A DNA stretch of 64,000 bases from Balanoglossus misakiensis (lineage: Eukaryota; Animalia; Hemichordata). The translations under genes were made by a program, and so were the position numbers. The stretch is taken from the NCBI GenBank assembly GCA_040954595.2, contig JBECUI020000048.1, positions 1-64,000 of the forward strand, written 5' to 3'. This document shows positions 13,870-24,903 of the stretch, in pieces; position 1 is the first letter of the stretch, and the number at the start of each line of letters is the position of its first letter. The notes beneath the pieces are model-generated. The model made no database searches. It saw only the letters and a program-made list of their open reading frames with translations, and was not told where the DNA came from.

Positions 13870-16215
13870 CTGCAAAGAGAAAAAAGAGAGAAACAAATTC
13901 GGGGAGTGTTTCTTGCTTCAATTCCCCACCTTTCTTGTACCCCTCCCCTGAAAAAGGCAGATTTTTTTTTGAAAAGTGTAAAAATGACTAAAATGGCGAT
14001 GGGCACACAGTTCCCCCTGTAGCTTAGAGGAGTACTCGCGTTGGTTTTGCAGACATGTTGGTTTTACAACTGGTATATGTTTACGCAGATTAGGGGGTCT
14101 AAAGCGAGAGCTAATCCCCTAGGAGACCAACCAAGCACGCTTGCCTCCTTAAATTAACTATGCATACACTTGGTGAATCCGCCAATGGAAATGAAAGACA
14201 AAAAGGGGAGACACCGCACACTGTACTTATGTGCAATCTCGAGTAGGTCTTCATTACAGATCCAAATCCCAACGGCAATACTAAACATTTTAATGAACTC
14301 GGGGTTCTGAAGAGAGATAGAAGCCGGTGGTTTGATGGTGTGTGTTTTTTGTTTCGTGGCATTCCGGTCTATCAGCGCAGGTGCGGTGTTTCTGTGATCT
14401 GTAACGGTCGGTGCATGCATGCGTAATTGAAACGCAAAGTTTTGGTCAGTTATGTTCAAATTATTCTGAGAAGCGATTGACTAGTCGCAGAACCCCAAAG
14501 ACACAATATAGACACCGCTGATTCGGCCAAGACGTCAAATAAATTAAGTTTCAACACTCGGAAAGTTACCACATAGGCGCTGATCTAGTTTAGCAAGCGC
14601 CTCACTACGATGACTAAAGTCTCTACTGGAAAATATATGCGCAGGCAAATTAACGGTGTGTGAGCAACGGTTATGCACAATTTGGAGATTCGGCTCAAAT
14701 GTCGGGTCAGGCCTCGGGGCAGTGTTTAGAATGAGCAAGGTGGCGACTTGAGCAGAAGTGTGTTTTTGTTCTCCAAACATCACATTTTGCATTGAGTCCT
14801 TCTAAGATTCCGTGATTTACGTTAAAAACGCGTTAGAGTTCTTATCAGCGGTTCCCCATACCGCGGTCAATGAGGCGTGCGGCGCGCACAAACCAGAAGC
14901 CCCATTCACCGATTGTCCGCACCCCGAATCGAGCGCACAATCGCCGTCGAATGCCATTAGACGTTACCCCACTTAGACAAAATAAGACGGAAGTTTTGTC
15001 TTGCCCAGTGCTGCCGTCAAGTAGCGTGATTTGGCCATTGGGTGACAGGTCCTTAACGCCAACGTCGGTCTGAATTGAGCCTAATTGGTTTAAAGTAATT
15101 TAGTAAAGCCGTGTTAATTAGGCATGATGTGTGAAGCCGACGGGCCAGCGGTGGCTGTTTAGTGTTTGTGGTTCGCCCTCCCGGGGAAACGACTTCGTGT
15201 CCCCGGTCTTTTGGCTCTGTTAGCAGCCTATATACTTTGTCGAACAACAACGGTTACAGGTAACATATACTAGTCAGAAAGCAATCGCACTCGGCTCAGT
15301 GTAAGTAGCCGACTTCAACTTTGCACGTTACGGTGAGGATCGCTCCTTAGGCTAGCGCTGTACGCGATATACTTTGGGGGGTAACACGGTCAGATAGCGC
15401 GCAGGCAGTGCAAAACAAAATCAACAACAACAAAGCGGTACGTATAGCGGAGCGACCTGTTTGAATAGCGGTCCATTTTGGACAAGCTCTCGACGATTCT
15501 TGCATGATCATTGCCCTTATTTTTTTTATCTAACTAAACAAATGCACTGTTTCTTTAAACTTATTTATTTTAGAACAACTTCTCATCTTTTTAACGGAAT
15601 ACACCAAAATAACCCGTCGATTTTGTATAAAAAGTAATTTTTGCGATCTATATCACCGCTACAATGCAGGGCTGTCGGCTTCTGTTAATCTAACTCTTTA
15701 GACGATCAAACTTTGAATGAGACTTCTGTCATGCGCAAACTTGAAGGCCTGATTTGCTTCTTGTCTTCATTTCTTAAGACGATCCCCAAATGACCAAAAG
15801 CGTCCACGTAACGAAAGCGTACGTGTATGGTAGACAATCAGCAACTTGGCGTACAACCACAGTAGAAGGCAAATTATTTTCCAAGAAACCATCATTATAT
15901 TGTGGATATATAGATAAATTCCCAATTATGTATCCGGTGTTTAAATTACAAAATAAATTTAAAGAAGACATATCTGCGTCGATATGTAGTGGTATAAATT
16001 TGCTAGAGGAAACCGTTACCGTTATTGATTTCAATGGTGCATATCATGGATTCTGGGTATTTTACAGACCGAACTGTGTTCTTATGTCAGATAGGAAGGG
16101 AAAAAAACGAACAGAATTGTTTGTTTTGACGGAGTACATTTGTTTTGAGTTGGTGGGAAAAACTCACGGGCGTTTGGGGCCGATGTTACAATTGAATGAC
16201 TTTACTACCGCTTAC

Positions 16216-16297
16216 CTTCGAGCGAGGAAAGTCGAGCTTTTTTCGCCGAGTGCGTTTTGGCTCCTTTGAACTTCTTGATGAGAAAAGCTTTCGGCAT
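16216..16297 (-). CDS. ovo: Ovo/OVOL coding exon 1 with SNAG repressor motif
   Basis: ACC ATG start; MPKAFLIKKFKG... is SNAG-type (compare OVOL1 MPRAFLVKK). Donor GAAG|GTAAGC, phase 1. Confidence 0.92.
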
Positions 16298-16720
16298 GGT
16301 CGGTGGGACGTCCGTTGACGGCGACGGGTGTGAACACTGCAGCGGGAGAGAACGGGGGAGAAAAAAAATGGTAGGGTCTTGCGTGATGAGCGGAGGAAGA
16401 GCCCGGAGACGCGGGGGTCCGGGCGCTGTAAATGTTGATTGGGCGAGTGTGCGCGTTAACTGTGTGTATGTGCGCCGACAGCGTGTGTATATGTACTTTG
16501 TAGGTACGGCTGAGTGGACAGGTAACGGCATGAGACACTGTTATGTGGCTTGAAAAGGTGACTTCACGGCCCGCTGAATAATTTGCATGGAATGTCATAT
16601 GGACCAACGGGGTTGTAAAACAACAGAGAAAAGGGGAGGGGAAAAAAAGCAGTAGGCAGTCGACTTTCGGCAGGTGGGTTGAGGGAGTAGACTGTTAGCT
16701 AGAACCGGTACTGTTGGCGT
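16298..16720 (-). promoter_or_regulatory. ovo 5'UTR and proximal promoter with clustered motifs
   Basis: CNGTTA-type sites at 16457, 16523, 16538 and 16692; CAGGTA 16519; CAGGTG 16671; octamer ATTTGCAT 16581; Grainyhead-like AACCGGTA 16703. TSS not determined. Confidence 0.5.
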
Positions 16721-17744
16721 CGAGTCTCGAAAGTGTTAGCGCATTTTGCTGTTGAATTTTCTGATAATTTAACCAGGGAAGTTTAATTGTGTTAATTGTG
16801 TAAAATGTGTTAGGCTAACCTATCCTGCGAATACAAATGTACATACAAATGTACTGACAGGTCTGTTTTTATGGTTATATCTTGCTGGTAGAGTAGGTAA
16901 ATGTATGGAGGGATATATGCATGTATGTATGGACGGATAGATGAGGCAAACGTAACAGACAGGCAGATACGTGCATCATGTACTTCTACGGTTTCTTTAG
17001 CTTGAAGCAATGCACGCTGGGTACATCTCCACAAACCACCTGATTCGTGTTGATTAACACCTCGCTTGACGTCACATCATATCTGCTTGCGCCACGCTGC
17101 GACGTGACGTGTCGTTTTGCATAAACCAAGACAATGTATGAACCACGACAAAACATGCCAGCTGGGAATGTCGGCTGCCACCAGCGGTCTGTGGATAAAC
17201 CCCCTGTTTTAGAACCACAGTGTACTGTTATAGAGAGTGTACGCTGTCCCTTGTCCCGATTTTTGTTGTTGGAAACAATATGAGAAAAATCGGCCATATA
17301 CATAAAATGATTTTCACCCACCAATGGATATGTGTGTGTCAGCGTGGTTTACGTATTGGGCGTTAATATATCAGCGGTCGCTCGCATATTCAACCATAAC
17401 ATGATGATTCAGCTAAATCTCCAATAATACTCACCAACAGAAACTGTCGCCGTGTTGAATGGTAGAGAAGACGAAAAGATTACCTGTTACAACCCCACTC
17501 CAAGACTCCAGAAAATGTCACTGTATCACAACCGATGTCTGTGTGAAAGTGAAATAAGGTCAGCGGGCCTTGACAATGGCTTTTACGGTAAGTGCAAAGT
17601 ACTAGTATAGTGAGACCCGCATCCGGATAACGAAAAACACAATGCGTGTTATGTCATAACTCGCATTGTTTTATGTAAAATGTGTTAAATCGACTGGTTG
17701 ACGCAAAACGTGTCCTTCCATAGCCTGCATGTTACGCCCACACG

Positions 17745-17772
17745 CTCTCTCTCGCTCTCTCTCTCTCTCTCT
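17745..17772. repeat. (CT)n microsatellite
   Basis: Direct reading. Confidence 0.85.
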
Positions 17773-18976
17773 AAAACCCCATGGCATACGAAGGCAGCAA
17801 TATCAAGCAGCTCTCTCGGATAATCAAGGATTATGATGATCAGTTTATCGCCCTAATCCGCGTATAATCCACTTAGAATCAAGTATAAACACTCACATGA
17901 ATTGTTTTTGCGCGTCGTTTGTTAGTTTTGCGCATCTCCCTTTATATAAGCTGTTTTCCCCAATGATTACCAAAGAGTTGACGATTTCAAGGTGACTATA
18001 CAATTTGCATGTTTGTGAATGCGAAAGTATTGTATAAGAGTGACTTTGTAGCGTCATTTAACTGACATGTTTATCACATACCTGTGAGCTAACAACACAT
18101 CCGGAAGACCGGAAACTGAAATAATTAAACCCCCGTGGAACAATGCAAATGATTTTGCCCTTCACGCAGGGAAAATGAAGGGTTTCTTTTTTGTGTAAAA
18201 AAGCCGAACGATGAACCGAGCAGCGAGTTGGGAAACAGTTATTCGCTGCTCGGCGATTCACAGCTTGGACTGGGGAATGTCACCCATAAATTTGACAGGT
18301 CACAAAGTGTCGTGCAGGCCATCCGATGATGTACGATAATTGATGTCGACGTGGAGGAGTTTAACGGTAATAACGGAACATAACAATGGTCGCAGAAAAC
18401 TGTTAAATGGCCACTTACGCGGTCGTCCTGAGTTGTTGCCAATCGCTTTAATGGCCGAACAATTGCAACGCGGCGCGTAAATGACCACCGCTGATTCTCC
18501 AGTTGAAAAAAGACGAACACAGACAGATAAACCTGCTTTCAGCGCTTCCCTATTCATGCTCTTTGTCAGCGACTTTCGGGTCAAAAAGTCACAATATAAC
18601 GGGACCATACTTTATCGGAAGGTGCGGTTGCCCCGGCTATGTCTTTTATTCCACTCGGGATAGTGTTACTCCCGGCGTGGACGGCGTCTCAATAAACGTT
18701 GAATAGCGCTCCCCTTTAATGGTGTTACAGGACACGTCGCTACATTATTCCCACAGTGCAAGGAGATAGCCCCCCGTAAAATGATAAATGTTTCCAACCC
18801 TGGGAAGTTTTTATAGAACCGTGAGTTATAGCAACTGATGAGCGTAAATAGGTAATCAAAGCGCACATCTTAATTATCGCAAGACGCTCGAGGACAACGT
18901 GACAATGTGTCAATTTTCAGGTTAAGCGCCCTTGTCGACCGAACTGGTAGGAACGTTTGATTTTGTTGATCACTTA

Positions 18977-19150
18977 GATAGCCAGCCAGCCAACTAGTCA
19001 GTCAGTCACTCATTCACTCATATAGCCAGCCAGCCAACCAGTCAGTCAGTCACTCATTCACTCAGATAGCCAGCCAGCAAACCAGTCAGTAAGTCAGTCA
19101 GTCAACCAGTCAGTCAGTCAGTCAGTCATAGCCAACCAGCCACACCAACC
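18977..19150. repeat. Compound tetranucleotide (CAGC/CAGT/CACT) repeat with a ~44-bp unit repeated ~2.5 times
   Basis: ATAGCCAGCCAGCCAAC(T/C)AGTCAGTCAGTCACTCATTCACTCA repeated, followed by (CAGT)n. Confidence 0.85.
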
Positions 19151-20856
19151 AACTGGTGACATAGTGACATCACGAGATGTTCAGCCCTCAGTGGTACACA
19201 TGCGAATACTGTTTTTTTTTAAAGATTGACTCTTGGCGGCGTTATAACATTCTCTTGGTTACTGTGACGAAAACTGTACGGGATGCCGATTAAATCCGAT
19301 GACTGGCCGATTGGCCCCGAAGTTCATTCAAGTAAAGACTGGTTCTGTGACGAAACAACGTAGATCGCTTGTTTCCAGTTTATCACCTCGTTTGTCGCCA
19401 TTTTTATATCACGTGTGACTGTTTCATTTCTGTTCTCACGCGCCGAAGCGCTATCAGTCGCGATAAAAGTCCGGTTTGGTTTCTGAGACGCGCCGACGGT
19501 CAATATTTATGTGACAAGTTCACGAAGTTTAAGAGCGCGGCGCGTGTATCAAGTTCTGGACCCGAATTAAACACTGACTTGTGTGAGTAACCCGTCCGTA
19601 CAGCAAAGAGCGAACTTGTCGAAGAAACTGTACTAACTCAAAACTAATATAAAAAAAAAAATCTGAATAAAATATCAAAAGTAAAGTATATAGTGTTTGC
19701 CACACAGCGACAGACTAAACAAAATTAGCGCTACTTGATATAAGGCAGGTATAATGAAAAAAAAAAGATTTATCATTTCGGGGAAAAGTCCATTGTTTAA
19801 TGATGTAATTTGGGATAAACATACTACATTTGATTGAAAAAAATGTCTGGTCCTTCATTTATAAAAATGTTTCAGTGTCTCCGCTCTCCATAATAATTTC
19901 AGTTTTTATTTTATTTGACCTTCATATGAGATCTGTGGTGTCTCAGTATTCTGTGTCACGGGACGGGGAAATTGTTAAAAGTTTACGAGTAGTTTGCATT
20001 AATGAATTTTTATCGTTGTATTTTCTTTCTGATTTTATTGGCCCCATTATATTTCTGGCACGACGGTTAGCGGTGATAAAGCCAGGCTTCATTTCATCTT
20101 TTATGTCCGAGATCGCTACGCGTGGGGCTGTGACGTCATCAAGGTTTACACCAGGCGACTTGATGGCTTGGTCCACGCGGTACTTTGCTTAATTTCAAAG
20201 CGACGCCGGGTTGAATAGTTGGATACCAGACGAGTGTCAAACATTGATAATAGTCTAAGAGTACAACGCTCTATTTCTCAGAATTGGCAAATTTATATTC
20301 CCGCATATAAAGTAGGGTGGTTTGTCTGTCTGTGACTGCTTCTAAGTCTGATTCAATCTCCGTTCTGTCTGTCTGTCTCTGTCTGTCTGTCACTCTCTCT
20401 CTCTAACTTCCAGGAACCGGCACGCTTTAAAGCCTGTTCGTCAAGTCTACTGGTCTCCGTGTGTGGCTGTCAACGCCTTCACACATACAGTGGCTATACT
20501 TTTCAAACTTACCAGAACATGTGGAGATTAATGAGAGCCTGACAAGATGTTTATTTGACCATGGCCGTGTTCAATGCAGTGAACCCTTCAGTACATTCAC
20601 CCCACAACATACTTGAGATGGCTTTGAGTTTCTGTCTAATTTACTCAACCAACAGAACAATTCGATCTGTTGTTAACGTGGCCAAGTTTGTTCAACCGAA
20701 TTCCTACAGTCAGCCCAATTATCCTTGCGTGATATTTGGTCTGACATTCTCAATTTCTGCTGTTAATGACTTCGCGCGGCTGGACATTCACATCGGTTTG
20801 ACATCATTATGGACGAGGCGTTCTATACTAAGCTTACAGGCGTGGGCAGAAAATAC

Positions 20857-20952
20857 GAGAGTGAGAGAGAGACAGAGACAGAGAGATAGATAGAGACTCA
20901 GAGACAGGCAGAGAGAGATGGAGAGATGGAGAGAGAGACAGAGAGAGAGAGA
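20857..20952. repeat. GA/GACA-rich imperfect microsatellite
   Basis: Direct reading. Confidence 0.85.
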
Positions 20953-21069
20953 ATACAGAGTCTGAAACATAGATTTCACATAGGGTCGAAAAAGTAGACA
21001 AAATTTCCTACATTCCCATCGATTCACATGACACGTCTCAGACCTCAGATATAGACAATGTAACTTCAG

Positions 21070-21086
21070 TGACCTCAGTTTGACCT
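21070..21086 (-). promoter_or_regulatory. Perfect nuclear-receptor DR5 element (RARE-type)
   Basis: TGACCT-cagtt-TGACCT, which is AGGTCA-N5-AGGTCA on the minus strand. Function untested. Confidence 0.4.
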
Positions 21087-22585
21087 ACTTAAGAAGTCAG
21101 AACATCATTGGCGCTATTGTATTTTAATGTACGATAATAAAATTGCATAAACGAAAACATTTTATTCGATGACCCGAGATCCTATAAAGCGATCAGTTCG
21201 GCTAAATACCACCATAAAGAATGGCCACCCATGCTTTGCATTCTAAGTTGACACTTCGTATAAACTGCAGTGTTTGTTAATTATTTCCTCTACCATTCAC
21301 AGCAACGTACACAATAATCTCAGCAATACATACATGCATGCATACACATAGTATGTTGCATGACTTTGTAGGCATAGCAACAGAACACTGGCGCCTGTGC
21401 GAGAATTAGCAAGATCTGTAAACCATATGCTCCTTCTGAGGGATATTCACCCTGTTTAGACGGGGGCGTTTTAACAGCCGACACATGATGAGACGCAAAC
21501 TTGCGTCACATGGGCTGTCCAGCATGTTCCACCCTGGCGCTGGAAAGCCCAGATTCTGTCGTCGCTTTCTTTGTAGGCCGCACAGCAAACCGCAATTCGG
21601 AAGCAGCTGGGCAGACGAACTGCACTGGCGGGCACGCACTGTCACGTGAGAGCCAGCTCAACACGTGTCAGTCAATAAACACGCCATCTCAGATTTTATC
21701 GTCTGCTGACAGGTTTATTTTGCAATAAAGAAAGTGAAGCGAATCCCCGAGGTCTCTATCCCACTTATCAACACAGTCTTTTCCTTCGAGAAAGTCCCTT
21801 TATTTTTCGTTTGTTTCTCAGCAACAAAATAATATGCTCAGCTGTGATCATGTATAACTAGACATTTCTTTACTTTTAATGGCGGGAACAAAAGTAGGCA
21901 GAAATCTACTTCCAGCACCATTGCATTCTGGGTTAAAATCAATCTTAATTCCCCGGATGTGGTATTGTCGGCCGGTCGATTTATCAGCAACGACGTGGGG
22001 GACCTGTCCATCATTCTCCTATTCCCTCGCAAACACAATTTATCGTTTTTCAGAGATTATCTGGTTGCATTGTTGAGTCAAGTTGAAGCACATAAAAGCT
22101 TCGTAATCAGACATAAAATTCGTCAGATGTGAAAATTTCACATTCCACGCCTAGCAGTAAGGCGTTAACTTCGAAAATCTCATTTTAGTAACTGCATAAA
22201 TTGTATTTGACAAGTTAAACGAGGCCCATATCAGAAAGAGAGGCTTTAATGATTTATTTCAGGTACATTATTCATAGAATATTGGCGCCAAATCGTTCAA
22301 CTTTCTATGTCGGTCATCACGCGATCCATTCCAGTCGCAAGAAATCAATTTTTGCTTGATGAATTTATCGTTATGACGTCAAAAGATTCAACTGTAAAAT
22401 AACGTTGAATAGTTGATATTGTCGTCCACAAGATTTCGTCACGTATCGGAAGCGTTGGTTCGCGAGAATGATTTTCAATATGCCATTTTCCGATTCCCGA
22501 GAGACCCCGAGAGGTCTCGGATGGCTAGGCAGCCCCGGAAGACTCTCTCATGTGAAACGGAACAAACAACACATGGCCCACCGTG

Positions 22586-22779
22586 TTAAAGGTATACAGT
22601 CACCTATGGAAAATTACCTATAGTTACCATGGTAAACTGAGATCTAGCCAATCACAGATTTTCAGTGGGTGGCACACGCGAAAAAAAGAGCGCCGCCATA
22701 TGTTCTTTTAGAACGCTCAAATACGCCATTTCAGCCATATATGGGCGTATGTACGTTGAAGGTGACTGTATACCTTTAA
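22586..22779. mobile_element. 186-bp MITE with TTAA target-site duplication (T2/Kolobok-type termini)
   Basis: TTAA (22586-22589) + AGGTATACAGTCACCT (22590-22605) ... AGGTGACTGTATACCT (22760-22775) + TTAA (22776-22779). Perfect 16-bp TIRs, no ORF. Confidence 0.88.
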
Positions 22780-23858
22780 ACTGAACAAATATCACAACAT
22801 TTATTAAACTGCATGGACCTATGCTAGTTTCGTAAAAAAACCTGACTTGTATTACTTGGCCAGCACACCGTTGCTACGGTAATAAACCAAGTCTCGCGAG
22901 ATCTCGCAATGGGCGAACAATTGTCTATTGGCCGACGAACTCTGTCGGATTTCAAGTTTACACAGACGTACTTGACACGACAATAAATTTTATCTCAATG
23001 GCGCTCGTTATCACAAAGACTAAGTGGTTGCATTATTGAACGAGATAAATTCATAAACATCAGTTCTAAATAACGGAAACTGAAAAAATAACAGTGCCGA
23101 AAAAATCGTCGGTAGAAGCCAAATTGTAGTGTTATGCGGATGTCGTAAACTTGAACTTATTGATCAGTATGGCGTGAAAGGTCTTTTAGGGGGCGATACC
23201 CTCATTGTTTTGTTAAATGGTTATTTTTGTAACATCCTGGAAGTCATTCACACTTTTCTGTTTACCCGCAAAAACTAAATTGACCAAATCAACGGAATCT
23301 TACCCGAGTTTATTTGTAGGAACAATATACAGATCAGCTGATGATGACGCAGTATCATCGAGAAAGTAACTCCGGCATCGAGTTTTAGGGTTGTATGTAC
23401 AAACAATACAACATATGACTTGCAAGAAATGGTTAGTTTACCAGTTGTTTTTCCAACTAAATGTAGGTGTTGCCGAAATTGTCGTCGCGGCTGTTGACGT
23501 CACCGCCCGGAAAACGGTGGACCGACGAAAATGATTTAGCAGACATAATAAACAACGTGATGACAGACACGCATGGATGCGAGAAATGGATTCCTTTACT
23601 TGGAAGATTTTGCTAACACTGTATACCGTCTTATCGAGGATCTAGATTAGTCTCACTGGCCTACTCAAAAAAGTATTAGTTCTCGGGGGACGAATTAAAC
23701 CACTTAACTGCCAGACGTTCGACCGCGCCATTTTATTTGAGGAAACATCCCAGGGGAAAATCTCGCATAAACCACTGAGTTTTCTCACACTCCGCCCATA
23801 TTACTTGGCAGACAGATATTCAATCACGGCGTACATTAACTGTATATCAAATTAAACT

Positions 23859-24205
23859 GAAATTCTGAGAAAATTCGGTAAAATTCGAAAATTTCTGTTT
23901 GGTGAGTTGAGCGACATTGGCTATTCAAGCGTGCTTTGAGATACCACAGGAATATCAAGATAAGATCATCTCGAAATCATGTTTTGAATTTAGCGCTACC
24001 ACACGGAGTTCGAAGATAATCTATAATGCAAGAAATTCTGAGAATATTTAGCAAATTCGACAATTTCTGTTTGGCGCCCCGAGCGCCAGCGTCTACTCAA
24101 GCGTATTTTGAGATATCGCAGAACATCAAGATACCATGTCTCCAAATCATGTGTTGAAATCAGCGCTACCCCACGGAGATCTAAGATAATCTACAATGCA
24201 AGAAA
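23859..24205. repeat. Two diverged tandem copies of a ~173-bp unit
   Basis: Units start GAAATTCTGAGAA at 23859 and 24032 and share AATTTCTGTTTGG, TCAAGCGT, TTTGAGATA, ATCAAGATA, AGCGCTACC and AAGATAATCTA.AATGCAAGAAA in the same order. Confidence 0.85.
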
Positions 24206-24739
24206 GTTAAACAAATAATGATCGATATAGATGCCTTATCATAATACAAATACCATCCCATGAGAAAATTTCAACAGCCCTGGTCACGTGATGTCAATGC
24301 CCGTTAGTGGAGTCGGCTTCTTGTGCGCGGTAGTATATCGCTTTTGTATTTAACAGTTTTGTTGATAACAAGAGAATATTTCAGCAGACTGAAATTAAAC
24401 AGATAAGTTTGAGGCGGGATATAATTCTTTAAGATACAGTGACAGCGTTGTCTTTTTCGAGTCTTAAATTTGCATGTTGCTTTTTGCCGACCAATCAGAA
24501 TGCACCGATCCGCCTCGGTAGTTCGAAAATACGTCAGATGGCTACACTACAAGCAGTTGTAGAATTTACTTTTGATTTTGAAGAGATCCAGTCGGAAAGT
24601 TTGGCAGACAGGAAAACAAACGAATGGGTCGTACGATAGGCAGCATGTGGCCGTATACGTGGAACGACCCTTACCTTTGACGCTAGAGACCTGGTCTAGT
24701 ATTTCTCCTTTTTTGGAGATTGGACAGGTGGTCAAATAA

Positions 24740-24770
24740 ATGATGATGATGATGATAATGATGATGATGG

Positions 24771-24822
<52 letters not shown>

Positions 24823-24856
24823 GGTGGTGGTGGTAAAGGTGAAGGTGATGATGATG

Positions 24857-24887
<31 letters not shown>

Positions 24888-24903
24888 GATAGATAGATAG
24901 ATA
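24740..24903. repeat. Compound microsatellite (GAT)n(GGT)n(GATA)n
   Basis: Direct reading. Confidence 0.92.

Noticed and set aside
15790-16269. 159-aa antisense ORF overlapping ovo exon 1
   Set aside because: No homology recognised and no supporting gene structure.
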